Origin: Candidatus Zhuqueibacterota bacterium
Lineage (GTDB): Bacteria > Zhuqueibacterota > Zhuqueibacteria > Thermofontimicrobiales > Thermofontimicrobiaceae
Assembly (NCBI GenBank): GCA_049322915.1
Contig: JBMOPW010000045.1
Location: 72,206 to 136,205 of the forward strand
Reading direction: 5' to 3'
DNA: 64,000 nucleotides
Positions 17,524 through 27,457 of this stretch are shown one piece after another. Below the pieces are notes generated by a model. The model worked only from the letters and a program-made list of their open reading frames with translations. It was not told where the DNA came from and ran no database searches. Within the stretch, counting starts at the first letter, position 1, and each line of letters begins with the position of its first letter. The translations under genes were made by a program, and so were the position numbers.

Positions 17524-18081
17524 TTACGGATTATACCCATGCACAACATCGTCGTTCACAACTTTATTCCAGTTCAACAAGGTCTCTTTGTCGTAGACCA
17601 TCTTGAAGCGATTGTAGCCAACGAGATGTTCTGTTGTGGCTAACATGCGAATCGCATCCACCGGACAGGCTTCCACGCAGAAGCCGCAGAAGATGCACCG
17701 GCTGAAATCGATCTCGAACACGCGAGGCCTTTTTTGAATAGTGGGATCATCCGATTCTTCCGCTTCAATGGTGATGCACAGGGCCGGGCACACAGTGGCG
17801 CACATTTTACAAGCCACGCAGCGCGGCGATCCATCGGTGCGCTGGACCAGGACGTGCCGGCCGCGATTGTAGGGAGAAAGGTCGGGCCTGTTTTCTTCCG
17901 GATAGAGAATGACAGCGCCGCCCTTACGGAAGGTCAACCACTTGAACAGGTTTCGGAAAAAATGTTTAGTGGTGATGAAAACGCCCCGTCCAATTTCTTT
18001 CACGTAAAGCTGATCGCCGAGGGTGCGCTTATGTCGATCCAGGTATTTCATATCCGGGAAATCTGGGAGTTGATAAGCCAT
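17524..18081 (-). CDS. nuoI: NADH-quinone oxidoreductase subunit I
   Basis: Two CxxCxxCxxxCP motifs; YPEE. Confidence 0.95.
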   Translation of the reverse strand: MAYQLPDFPDMKYLDRHKRTLGDQLYVKEIGRGVFITTKHFFRNLFKWLTFRKGGAVILYPEENRPDLSPYNRGRHVLVQRTDGSPRCVACKMCATVCPALCITIEAEESDDPTIQKRPRVFEIDFSRCIFCGFCVEACPVDAIRMLATTEHLVGYNRFKMVYDKETLLNWNKVVNDDVVHGYNP

Positions 18082-18082
18082 A

Positions 18083-19279
18083 TTAAAACCCTCCTAATGC
18101 GGCGATTATGATGGTGATAATCAGATTGACAATTGAAAGAGGCAGTAATATTTTCCATCCCAATTTCATGATCTGGTCGTATCGGAAGCGCGGCAGGCTC
18201 CAGCGGATTTGCTGCAGCAGCCAGGCGAAAAACAGCACCTTTGTGGTGAACGAGAACAATTCCAGGATGACAACACTGGCATGGGACAATTGCCAGTCGC
18301 CGCCCCAGGGCCAATGGAATCCATCGGCAGTCAGCCAGGGAACAGAATAACCGCCGAAGAACAACGTGGTCAGCATGATGGCGACGAAGACGATTTCGAT
18401 GAATTCGGCGAACATGAACAGCAGCATTTTGAAACCGGAATACTCGGTGAAATAGCCGGAAATGATCTCGGATTCGGCTTCTGGCAGATCGAATGGCATT
18501 CGCTTGTTTTCGGCCACGGCCGCGGCGATGAACAAAAAGAACGCCAGCGGTTGCAGCAAAATTCCCCATTTGGGCAGCCAACCCCAGGCCAGCGCTTGCT
18601 GCGCCTGGACCAGGTTCCAGATATCCACCTGCTGATAGATGAAAATGATGCCCAGCAGCGAAATGCCCATGCTAATTTCGTAGGAGATCATTTGCGACGC
18701 AGCGCGCAATCCGCCCATCATGGAAAATTTATTATTGGATGACCAGCCGGCCAGAATCGCCCCGAATATGTTTATTCCACCCACGGCAAAAATGAACAAC
18801 AAGCCGACGTTCAGATTGGCGACCTGCACCCGGAAACTGAAGTCCGGCAGATGAGTGGCGAAGTATTGCGGCAGCCAGGGAATCCAGTTGAGGTACCACG
18901 CCTGAAACAATTCTGCCGGTTTCACGATGCCGGCGAAAGGAACGACGGCGACGGATAATACCGCCGGCACAAAGGCGAAAAAGATGGCCAGATTGTACAG
19001 CAGCATGTCGTAGGCTTTGGGCTTGAAGTCCTCTTTGATGAGGCACTTGATAGCATCAGCCAGGTTGTTGATGAATCCCCACATCGCCAGCTTTCTTCCG
19101 CCGGGCAACGGAATGGCGGCCCGGTTGGCGCCGATCCGATCCTGAAGTTGTGCGGATTGCTTCCGCTCGGACCAGCTCATCACAGCGCCCATCATGAACA
19201 TGAACAAAAAGATACTGGTGGCGAGAATGAGATCGGTGATAAATTGAACGGTATTGATTCCTAAAAAACTTGATTCCAT
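18083..19279 (-). CDS. nuoH: NADH-quinone oxidoreductase subunit H
   Basis: ERK...QDRIG, LRAASQMISYE, PFDLPEAESE, LPRFRYDQ. Confidence 0.97.
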   Translation of the reverse strand: MESSFLGINTVQFITDLILATSIFLFMFMMGAVMSWSERKQSAQLQDRIGANRAAIPLPGGRKLAMWGFINNLADAIKCLIKEDFKPKAYDMLLYNLAIFFAFVPAVLSVAVVPFAGIVKPAELFQAWYLNWIPWLPQYFATHLPDFSFRVQVANLNVGLLFIFAVGGINIFGAILAGWSSNNKFSMMGGLRAASQMISYEISMGISLLGIIFIYQQVDIWNLVQAQQALAWGWLPKWGILLQPLAFFLFIAAAVAENKRMPFDLPEAESEIISGYFTEYSGFKMLLFMFAEFIEIVFVAIMLTTLFFGGYSVPWLTADGFHWPWGGDWQLSHASVVILELFSFTTKVLFFAWLLQQIRWSLPRFRYDQIMKLGWKILLPLSIVNLIITIIIAALGGF

Positions 19280-19329
19280 GCGGCTTGCCTCGTAAAAATT
19301 GCCACGATTAACGTTAGATTAATTGAATG

Positions 19330-20784
19330 TCATTTGAACGACGCCCGAACCTCCTGTACGGTTCGGCCAATCGGTTGAACTCCCAACTCTTTTAAAATGT
19401 CCACGAAAAAGGTGAGCTCATCATAATTATTTTCCCCTTGAATCGCTTTTCTGAATGCCTGAATACGGCCATCGCAGTTGGTGAATGAACCATGCTTTTC
19501 TGTGGAAAGCCTGCCGGCGATGGACCACTTGGCCTTTTCAGCGATCTGGTCGGAAATGGCGGAGAGCGAAATGATATTCAATCCAGCCAATTTTTCCACG
19601 GGCGCGTTTTGACCCCATACAAAAGCATGGGTGAAATCACTGAGAATGAGTTCGGAAATATCTTTCGCGCGCGGGAACAGGGACTTCACGCCTGCGGAAT
19701 TTGGAGTCTTATCCGCGGTGATGAGAAAACTATCCGCTTCGATCTCCCCGGTTGTTTGATGCCAGACGCGGTCCGCTTTGCTGAATACAGCAGCGATGCC
19801 CAGAGAGTCGGCGAGCTGTCCGGCCAGCGCCAGTTCCTCATTGGTCGCATAGGAGGAAAGGATGAATGCCAATTTATGAGCATTGCTTTTCATCTGCTGC
19901 GCAACCTCGGAGATGAACTTTTTATACTCGGCTGGTTTGTGATTGATCGAAATGCCGGTGTGGCGGTTTTTAATTGGCCGCGTGTAATATTCGCGCCCGA
20001 AATCGCACATCCAGGTGATGTTGACGTTCCTGTTTTCGCGGGGCAGAATGCGGTAAATGCGATTGTCTTTGGTCTGGATGGTGATGTTGCAGCCCCGCGA
20101 ACAGCCGGCGCAGATGGAATCGATGGAGGTTAAATTCCAGACGCGTTCTTTGAAACGGAATCGCGCGCTGGTCAATGCGCCCACCGGGCAGATATCGGTG
20201 ACGCAGAGGCTGTAGGGATCGTCGAAAGTGTCGCCCGGCGCGAGTGCGACATAGGTGCTGTCGCCGCGTTTTATCAGGCCGAGTTTGTTGGTCTTCGATA
20301 CTTCGCGTGAGAAACGAACGCAGCGCGAGCAGGCAATGCAGCGCTCGGCGTCGTAAATAATTTTATCGCTAAAGTGGTACAACTTCTCTTTGGCCACTTT
20401 GGTTTCGTTGAAGCGGGATTTATCCCCGGAGAACATCATGTACTGATCCTGGAGCATGCACTCGCCGGCTTTGTCGCAGATGGGGCAGTCCAGCGGGTGA
20501 TTGATGAGGATGAACTCCAGCATGGCTTTGCGCATCTGGATGATTTCCGGAGTGTTGGTGTAGACAATCATTCCCTCGGTGGCCGGCGTCATGCACGATG
20601 GCTGCGGCTTGGGATTTTTTTCGATCTTCACCAGACACATGCGGCAGTTGCCGCTTTTTGAAAGGTGTTTGTGGTAACAAAACCGGGGGATGTAAATATT
20701 ACTCTGTTCGCAAGCGTCGATGATGAGCGTCCCCTCCGGGACGGTTATTTTCTTGCCATCAACCGTAAAGGTAACTTCTTTCAT
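19330..20784 (-). CDS. nuoG: NADH-quinone oxidoreductase subunit G (short form, 484 aa)
   Basis: PRFCYH, CRMCLV, HPLDCPICDKAGEC, CIACSRC, CAGCSRGC. Confidence 0.9.
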   Translation of the reverse strand: MKEVTFTVDGKKITVPEGTLIIDACEQSNIYIPRFCYHKHLSKSGNCRMCLVKIEKNPKPQPSCMTPATEGMIVYTNTPEIIQMRKAMLEFILINHPLDCPICDKAGECMLQDQYMMFSGDKSRFNETKVAKEKLYHFSDKIIYDAERCIACSRCVRFSREVSKTNKLGLIKRGDSTYVALAPGDTFDDPYSLCVTDICPVGALTSARFRFKERVWNLTSIDSICAGCSRGCNITIQTKDNRIYRILPRENRNVNITWMCDFGREYYTRPIKNRHTGISINHKPAEYKKFISEVAQQMKSNAHKLAFILSSYATNEELALAGQLADSLGIAAVFSKADRVWHQTTGEIEADSFLITADKTPNSAGVKSLFPRAKDISELILSDFTHAFVWGQNAPVEKLAGLNIISLSAISDQIAEKAKWSIAGRLSTEKHGSFTNCDGRIQAFRKAIQGENNYDELTFFVDILKELGVQPIGRTVQEVRASFK

Positions 20785-20789
20785 AACTA

Positions 20790-22091
20790 TCAAGCCCTCT
20801 CCTGAAATCGGATAAATTTGCCGTGATAGGGACAACCGCCTTTTTTAATATGCTCTTCAAATTCAGCTCGAAATTTTTTGATGAAACTGTCGACCGGGCC
20901 GCAGGCCGCATCGCCCAGAGGACAGATGGTATGAAATCCAATATGTTTGGTGATGCTGGTCAGCAGATCGATGTCTTCCATTTTCCCCTGGCCGGCTTCG
21001 ATACGTTTGATGATTTTCAGCAGCCAGCCGGTACCTTCGCGGCACGGCGTGCATTGTCCGCAGGATTCGTGATGGTAGAAGTGCGCCAGCACCTCCAGCG
21101 TTTTCACCATGCAGGTGCCTTCGGCAATGACCATCACAGCGCCCGAACCCAGACTGGAGCCGGCTGCTGCAATGGATTCGTAATCGATAGTCATTTTTTC
21201 ACAATCTTCGGGCCGAAGCACCGGGGTGGATGACCCGCCCGGAATGACAGCTTTCAATTTTTTCCCGCCCAGTACGCCGCCGCATTCTTTATTCAAAAAT
21301 TCCATGAAAGGATAGCCCATTTCAACTTCGTAAACGCCGGGTTTGCGCACATGGCCGCTGACGGATAGCAGCTTGGTGCCGGACGATTTTTCTGTTCCAA
21401 TCGATTTATAGCGATCGCCGCCGTGCTCGATGATGTACGGCACAGCAGCCAATGTTTCGACGTTATTGATGATGGTCGGACAGCCATATAATCCTTCAAT
21501 GGCTGGAAATGGAGGCTTGTTTCGGGTCTGGCCTTTTTTCCCTTCGATGGAGTTCATCAGGCCTGTTTCGTCGCCAACCACATACGCCCCGGCGCCCTGA
21601 TGCACCGTGATATGGCATACGAAATTCGTGCCCTGCAATTTGCTGCCCAGGAAGCCAGCCTGATAGGCCTCTTCGACGGCGGCCTGAACGCGCCGGAGCG
21701 CAAAGCCATATTCGCCGCGAATGTAAATATAAGCGTGAGCGGCATTGATCGCGTAGGCGCTGAGAATCATCCCTTCGATGAGCATGTGGGGATTTTCTTC
21801 AAGAATGACGCGGTCTTTAAATGTGCCTGGTTCGCCTTCATCGCCATTGCAAATGAGGTAGACCGGTTTCGCGCCGGCTTTGGGAAGGAACGACCACTTG
21901 ATACCTGCCGGGAAGCCAGCGCCGCCGCGGCCACGAATGCCGCTGCGTTTCACCTGGTCCAGCACCTCTTCCGGCTTGTATTTTTTTAGAGCCATCATCA
22001 CCGTGGCGTAGCCATTGCGACTCCTGTAGCTGTTCAACGTGTGACTGGCGCCATCTCTTTCGTAGTTAAGAAGAATTTTCGTCTCAGCCAT
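20790..22091 (-). CDS. nuoF: NADH-quinone oxidoreductase subunit F
   Basis: GRGGAGFP, DEGEPGTFKD, ESCGQCTPCREG. Confidence 0.97.
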   Translation of the reverse strand: MAETKILLNYERDGASHTLNSYRSRNGYATVMMALKKYKPEEVLDQVKRSGIRGRGGAGFPAGIKWSFLPKAGAKPVYLICNGDEGEPGTFKDRVILEENPHMLIEGMILSAYAINAAHAYIYIRGEYGFALRRVQAAVEEAYQAGFLGSKLQGTNFVCHITVHQGAGAYVVGDETGLMNSIEGKKGQTRNKPPFPAIEGLYGCPTIINNVETLAAVPYIIEHGGDRYKSIGTEKSSGTKLLSVSGHVRKPGVYEVEMGYPFMEFLNKECGGVLGGKKLKAVIPGGSSTPVLRPEDCEKMTIDYESIAAAGSSLGSGAVMVIAEGTCMVKTLEVLAHFYHHESCGQCTPCREGTGWLLKIIKRIEAGQGKMEDIDLLTSITKHIGFHTICPLGDAACGPVDSFIKKFRAEFEEHIKKGGCPYHGKFIRFQERA

Positions 22092-22150
22092 GTTTATCTC
22101 ATTGAATTTAACCTGCTAACCGCTAATTACGCGAATTGTGCGAATTATTA

Positions 22151-22697
22151 CTATGCACCATTTACAAATCGTTTCCAAAACAAGGATTGTTGTCCGAAAT
22201 TTATCAAAACTCCAACTTTCTTTTTAGCAGCGATTAATGCATTGATAATTTGAGCTTCTTCATTGGGTCCGCATTGACTTAATGCTTTTATTTCTACAAT
22301 TATTTCATCATTGCATATAAAATCTGGAATATAATTTTTTTTTTAAAATGAAGCCCTTATAATTTATTGATAATTTAGGAAGTTCAATGTAGGGTATATT
22401 ATTTTCTTGAAATTCAATTGCCAAAGCTTCCTGGTAAACTGCTTCTAACCTGAATTATTCATGAACTTGCTCAGAATTTGAGTCAACATTCAGATTTTCA
22501 ATTAGCTAAAAGCTAAGCTATTTTGAAACTCAGTTTTTATACGTTTATTCTAAAAAGAGCACCATTCAGGTTAGCCAGCCTCCTTTAAAAATACTATGAA
22601 TAATGCAGGCTAAAAAACCTGAACCGAGAATTTTGTGGACTTCCATGGCAGCTCCAACAATTTTATACACTTCGTTTTTAAATATTAAATCAACCAT
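22151..22697 (-). pseudogene. GxxExxY protein pseudogene (MITE insertion plus +1 frameshift in an A10 tract)
   Basis: Manual translation: MVDLIFKNEVYKIVGAAMEVHKILGSGFL|EAVYQEALAIEF...ILKK(fs)NYIPDFICNDEIIVEIKA...EAQIINAL...GVLINFG; not in the ORF track. Confidence 0.9.
22449..22609 (-). mobile_element. 161-bp MITE, copy B, flanked by CTAA (=TTAG) duplication
   Basis: Reverse complement of 7677-7836 with few differences; excising it restores GGT TTT TTA GAA GCA GTT TAC. Confidence 0.92.
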
Positions 22698-22756
22698 GGC
22701 AATAGTGATTGGTATAAATGAATTTCAAAATTCGTGTCATTGGCGAAATTCGCGGT

Positions 22757-23272
22757 TCATTGATACACAGGAAATTCCTGTTGCTGCTGTTTGTGTTCCT
22801 TCCCGCTTCTGAAGTCGTCGAGGATCGAATCTATTTTCGCTTTATCCAGCAATTCATAGTAATTATCATCCACCTGCATCATCGGAGCGGTGCCGCAGGA
22901 ACCAAGGCATTCGGCCGTTTTGATCGTGAACATGCCATCCGGCGTGGTTTCCCCGACTTTGATGTGGAGCGTCTTGCATAAATAGTCGATGATGTCCTGG
23001 CTGCCCATAATGGCGCAGGTGATATTGTTGCACACTTCTAAAACGTACTTGCCTTCTTTTTCCTCAGTAAACATGGAATACCACGATCTCACTTCTTCCA
23101 CCCAGATCGGCGGAATATCCAGTTCGTTGGCGATCAAATAAACAGCCTCATCCGAGACAAATCCCTCACGCTTCTGAATCATCCACATTACCGGCAATGT
23201 CAGCGACCGCGAGTCAGGATAACGCGTTTTGAGATGAGCGATTTTCTTTTTTTCAGTGTCTGTGAATTCCAT
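22757..23272 (-). CDS. nuoE: NADH-quinone oxidoreductase subunit E
   Basis: VCNNITC...ECLGSCGTAP 2Fe-2S motif. Confidence 0.95.
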   Translation of the reverse strand: MEFTDTEKKKIAHLKTRYPDSRSLTLPVMWMIQKREGFVSDEAVYLIANELDIPPIWVEEVRSWYSMFTEEKEGKYVLEVCNNITCAIMGSQDIIDYLCKTLHIKVGETTPDGMFTIKTAECLGSCGTAPMMQVDDNYYELLDKAKIDSILDDFRSGKEHKQQQQEFPVYQ

Positions 23273-23320
23273 AGTTTTCCTTATTGCAACCAATTATCAA
23301 TGTTTTATCTGAATTTAAAT

Positions 23321-24574
23321 TTACCGGTCGCACTCCCCGCCGACCATGTTCACGGATCCGAAAATCGGGATAATATCCGCCAACTGGTGCCCGATGATAA
23401 TTTTGTCCAGCGCGCCCATGATGAGAAAGCTCGGGGCGCGAACGTGCAGACGATAGGCTGAGCCTGTACCATCGGATACAACGTAGTAACCCAGCTCGCC
23501 ATTGGCGCCTTCAACCGCGTGATAAATATTGCCCTTTGGCGGCTTCGGTCCGTCAATAATAATTTTAAAGTGATTGATCAATCCTTCGATGGAAGAATAC
23601 ACGTCGGCTTTGCCCGGCAAATGAGCCTGGAAATCTTCCGTATTGATGGGGCCGTCCGGAATTTTATCGATACATTGAAAACACATTTTCATGGATTCTT
23701 CGATTTCGCGATTGCGAACGTACCAGCGGTCGTAATTGTCGCCATATTTGCCCACCGGGACTTCCCAGTCGAGTTCGTTATATTTCAAATACGGCATGGT
23801 TCTGCGCACGTCGTACGCCACGCCGGTGGAGCGCAGGAACGGGCCGGTGATGCCGGCGTTGATGGCGTCTTCCTTGGTGATTTCACCAACGCCCTGGGTT
23901 CTGTCCAGGAATATCCTGTTTCGATCCATCAAGCCGTGAATGTCCTTCAGCAGCGGGATATTTTTTGTCAGAATTTCCTTGCAGCGGCCTAACCAGCCAT
24001 CCGGAATATCGCGGGCCAATCCGCCGATGCGGGCGTAGCTGTAGGTCTGCCGCGCTCCGGTGGCCCAGTTGAAATGTTCCCAGATGTCATCTCTGGCCTG
24101 CATGAAATAGAGGAACGGCGTCATGGCGCCGAGTTCGCTGCAAATGGCCGCCTGGCAGGTGTAATGATCGGTGATTCGGGACAGTTCTGAAAACAGCGTC
24201 CGCAGCCAGGCGCAGCGTTCGGTGATTTCAATGCCGAACAATTTTTCGATGGTCCCTGTGTAGCCGAAATTGTTGATGAATGCACTGACGTAATTCAGTC
24301 TGTCCGTGTATGGCAGAGCAGTATGATAGGTGTGATTTTCATTCATCTTTTCAAAGCCGCGATGCAGGAAGCCCGGCTCCACATCGATGTTCACGATGGT
24401 TTCGCCCACCAATTCCGCGATCATTTTGATTGTGCCGTGCATGGCCGGGTGCGATGGCCCTAAATTCACTTTCATCGGCGCATCAGCGGGACTTGCAATG
24501 GGGAGTTCGAGAATTTCTTTTCGCTTCTTGACTTCTTCAATTTTATATTTTGCAGGAATTTCTATCTCAGCCAT
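23321..24574 (-). CDS. nuoD: NADH-quinone oxidoreductase subunit D
   Basis: NLGPSHPAMHG, LHRGFEK, DRLNY, C-terminal GECDR. Confidence 0.96.
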   Translation of the reverse strand: MAEIEIPAKYKIEEVKKRKEILELPIASPADAPMKVNLGPSHPAMHGTIKMIAELVGETIVNIDVEPGFLHRGFEKMNENHTYHTALPYTDRLNYVSAFINNFGYTGTIEKLFGIEITERCAWLRTLFSELSRITDHYTCQAAICSELGAMTPFLYFMQARDDIWEHFNWATGARQTYSYARIGGLARDIPDGWLGRCKEILTKNIPLLKDIHGLMDRNRIFLDRTQGVGEITKEDAINAGITGPFLRSTGVAYDVRRTMPYLKYNELDWEVPVGKYGDNYDRWYVRNREIEESMKMCFQCIDKIPDGPINTEDFQAHLPGKADVYSSIEGLINHFKIIIDGPKPPKGNIYHAVEGANGELGYYVVSDGTGSAYRLHVRAPSFLIMGALDKIIIGHQLADIIPIFGSVNMVGGECDR

Positions 24575-25124
24575 TAGTGTGCTCCGGGTTTTGTAATGGG
24601 ATTCGTGGCTGTTCGCCCAGGGTGGGAAAATCTTTTCGTAACGGATGACCTTCAAATTCTTCGTACAGCAAAACGCGACGCAAATCAGGGTGATTGGTGA
24701 ATTTAATTCCAAACATATCGTACACTTCCCGTTCCAGGAAATGAGCTGCCTGCCACCAGGCATAACTGCTCAGCACTTCGGGGTGCTCACCGCTGCACCT
24801 GGTGATAACCCGCACCCGTTTATTCGCGGCCGTGGAATAGAAGTGATACACCACATCAAAACGCGCTTCCGAGTAAAGATCTTCTTCGCGGCCGGTCATG
24901 TTCGGGCGCTCGGCATAATCGCTGGTGAGATAATCAACCGCTGTCACATCCAGCAGCATGTCCATGGGATAGGCCGGATGTTGTTTGAAAAATTGAAAAA
25001 CCTGTTCCAGCACGTCGGCTGGGATGAGGAAATTGGGCTGATCAAATTGCTCAATATATTCTGCCTGTGGAAATGCCTGGAAAAAATCAGGGAGGTCGTC
25101 TTTTAATAACCAATAGTTAGCCAT
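24567..25124 (-). CDS. nuoC: NADH-quinone oxidoreductase subunit C
   Basis: EREVYDMFGI, HPDLRR, GHPLRKDFP. Confidence 0.96.
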   Translation of the reverse strand: MANYWLLKDDLPDFFQAFPQAEYIEQFDQPNFLIPADVLEQVFQFFKQHPAYPMDMLLDVTAVDYLTSDYAERPNMTGREEDLYSEARFDVVYHFYSTAANKRVRVITRCSGEHPEVLSSYAWWQAAHFLEREVYDMFGIKFTNHPDLRRVLLYEEFEGHPLRKDFPTLGEQPRIPLQNPEHTNG

Positions 25125-25135
25125 GTAACTACCTT

Positions 25136-25606
25136 CTATAAATATTGTTTAGATTTTCGTATTTTATCCTGAAGCGCCATGATCCCATCGAGGATCATTT
25201 CCGGCCGCGGCGGACACCCGGGGATGTACACATCCACGGGAATGATGCGGTCGCAGCCCTGCACCGTCGCGTAATTGCGGTAAAAGCCACCGCTGACTGC
25301 GCATGTGCCCACGGCAACCACATATTTGGGATCTGCCATCTGTTCCCAGACGCGTCGTAACACCGGCGCATTTTTGTGAGTAATTGTCCCCACAATCATG
25401 AGCATATCCGACTGGCGCGGCGAGTAGCGGGGCATGGCAGCGCCGAACCGGTCCGTGTCATAATGCGACGCGCTCACGGACATGAATTCCATGGCGCAGC
25501 AGGCCGTGCCAAAAACATACTGCCACAGCGAATAGCTTCGCGCCCATCCAATAAATTGATCCAGTCGGGTCGTGATAACATTGTTGGGTAAAGTATCGGT
25601 TGTCAT
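25136..25606 (-). CDS. nuoB: NADH-quinone oxidoreductase subunit B
   Basis: GTACCAME, SPRQSD, PGCPPRPE. Confidence 0.96.
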   Translation of the reverse strand: MTTDTLPNNVITTRLDQFIGWARSYSLWQYVFGTACCAMEFMSVSASHYDTDRFGAAMPRYSPRQSDMLMIVGTITHKNAPVLRRVWEQMADPKYVVAVGTCAVSGGFYRNYATVQGCDRIIPVDVYIPGCPPRPEMILDGIMALQDKIRKSKQYL

Positions 25607-25613
25607 GATCGAA

Positions 25614-25982
25614 CTACCTCCAATCCAGCGCTTTTCGTCGATATGCCCAGAGAAAGGCCAACACCAGGAAGAACAAAAAGATGAAAATTTCAATATAGGC
25701 GATTTGTCCAAGCGAGCGGCCAATGATTGCCCAGGGGTACAGCAGAATTCCTTCCAGATCGAACAGCACAAACAGCAGCGCCATCAGATAAAACCGAATG
25801 CTGACGCGACGATTGTTCTCTTCCAGCATGTCCGAGCCGCATTCAAACGGCGTCGACTTGGAAGGGAAATCCTGCCGATGCTTTGATTTGGGACCCAGAA
25901 GCTTGTTCAGCAATAAAATGATCCCGGTCGTGGCAGTGGCAATGACGATGAGGAGAAGGACTGGCATATATTGATCAGTCAT
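25614..25982 (-). CDS. nuoA: NADH-quinone oxidoreductase subunit A
   Basis: PFECG, FVLFDLE, YPWA. Confidence 0.95.
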   Translation of the reverse strand: MTDQYMPVLLLIVIATATTGIILLLNKLLGPKSKHRQDFPSKSTPFECGSDMLEENNRRVSIRFYLMALLFVLFDLEGILLYPWAIIGRSLGQIAYIEIFIFLFFLVLAFLWAYRRKALDWR

Positions 25983-26217
25983 TGTTGAGATTCTCCATAG
26001 TGAAATAATTGAATTGTATTAATATTGAGGGAATAAAATCGAAGCAAACAGTGTCGTTTTTGAAAAGAAGAAATTGTGATTCTCCAAGAGGAATTGGAGT
26101 CCATAATGGGTTTCCTCTCTCGATGCATCAGTTAAGCGACTAATAAATATAGAAGTTTTTAAATGAACTACATTTTGATGACGTAAAGCATCGTTCATTG
26201 GTGCATTTAAGGTTTTA

Positions 26218-26246
26218 AGTATATGAATAATAATTTAAAAAGTCAA
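26218..26246 (-). promoter_or_regulatory. Putative sigma70 promoter of the nuo operon
   Basis: Minus strand TTGACT-N17-TATACT. Confidence 0.6.
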
Positions 26247-26542
26247 GAAAAAAAATTTACTAATTAGCCAGAATCAGTTTCAGGCATAATTAAATTATAA
26301 AATTTTCCGCGGCGCTGAAACAACGCTCGCACTGCATTCCTGAGGTTATGGTTCCGGCCAATGATCCATTTTAATGCGAAATGACTTAATGAAAGTGACT
26401 GTGCCGGGACAGAAACGGGCAGGAATTGACCGGGCTCATCCTGCTTCACAGTGGCCTGAACCCGAGGTCGCTTCAATGGTGTTTGGGAGGTTGGCTATTT
26501 CCTCAAGCCGGTTTCAGGAACAGTCAAGAAAAATCTTTTTGC

Positions 26543-26571
26543 TTGACTTTTGACATTTGAATTATTAAAAT
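26543..26571 (+). promoter_or_regulatory. Putative sigma70 promoter of the HAD/glycoside hydrolase cluster
   Basis: TTGACT-N17-TAAAAT. Confidence 0.55.
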
Positions 26572-26713
26572 TCGATTGCTGTTCTTGCCACATTAAAATT
26601 CAACCCGGAATGACTTAACCAATCTCACATGAACATTACGTGTAACTGGCTTCTCAAATCGCGCCGCAATATGTTTGTCGAATGGCTTCTTTTTGAATTG
26701 GAAATTTCGCGCT

Positions 26714-27298
26714 ATGAAAAAAATTGAAGTGGATCGCAATGTGAAAGCGCTCATATTCGATTGCGACGGTACCCTGGCCGACACCATGCCCACGCACATG
26801 AAGGCCTGGGAGAGATCCCTGTCCGATTTTCATGGCCTTTTTAAGGAGCCATTTTTTGATTCCCTCAAGGGCATGGCGGATGAGGATATCATGGTCGAAT
26901 ACAACAAGCGATTTCATACTGCACTTGATCCGCGGCAGGTGGCGCAGCGCAAGGCGGACTATGTTTTGCAGGAACTGCCCGGGATACAACCTGTGAAGCC
27001 GGTTGTGGATGTGTTTTATCGATACCAGGGCGTCCTTCCCATGGCCGTGGTCTCCGGCGGGCGTCGAAATCTTGTCCTTCGCACGCTGGAGGCAATCCGG
27101 CTCGGGCGCTCCTTTGACGTGATTCTGACGGCAGATGATCCCTTCGCGCCCAAGCCAGCCCCTGATATTTTTTTCGAAGCAGCGCGAAGGCTCGGCGTGG
27201 CGCCGTCACTCTGTCAGGTGTTCGAAGATGGCGATGTCGGCTTGAACGCCGCTCGCGCCGCCGGCATGGTGACCACGGATATCCGATTGTTTTTATGA
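26714..27298 (+). CDS. HAD-family phosphatase (beta-PGM/YqaB-like)
   Basis: IFDCDGTL, KPAPDIF, VFED. Confidence 0.9.
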   Translation: MKKIEVDRNVKALIFDCDGTLADTMPTHMKAWERSLSDFHGLFKEPFFDSLKGMADEDIMVEYNKRFHTALDPRQVAQRKADYVLQELPGIQPVKPVVDVFYRYQGVLPMAVVSGGRRNLVLRTLEAIRLGRSFDVILTADDPFAPKPAPDIFFEAARRLGVAPSLCQVFEDGDVGLNAARAAGMVTTDIRLFL

Positions 27299-27457
27299 AA
27301 GACCAAACGACTTTGCCGACAGGGATTAGGCAGCTCTCACTGTCGAATGAGGTTACTTGCCGATTGAATTTACGGGAGGAAGAAATCCGGCGAATCGCCG
27401 GATAGGGCAGACGGGGTTCGAAAGAAACAGATGTCCATTTTGTGCACGGAGGTGTCC

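Noticed and set aside
26300..26520. Possible structured ncRNA (e.g. 6S) between the divergent promoters
   Set aside because: GC-richer than its flanks, but I could not match a known consensus or fold; needs an Infernal search
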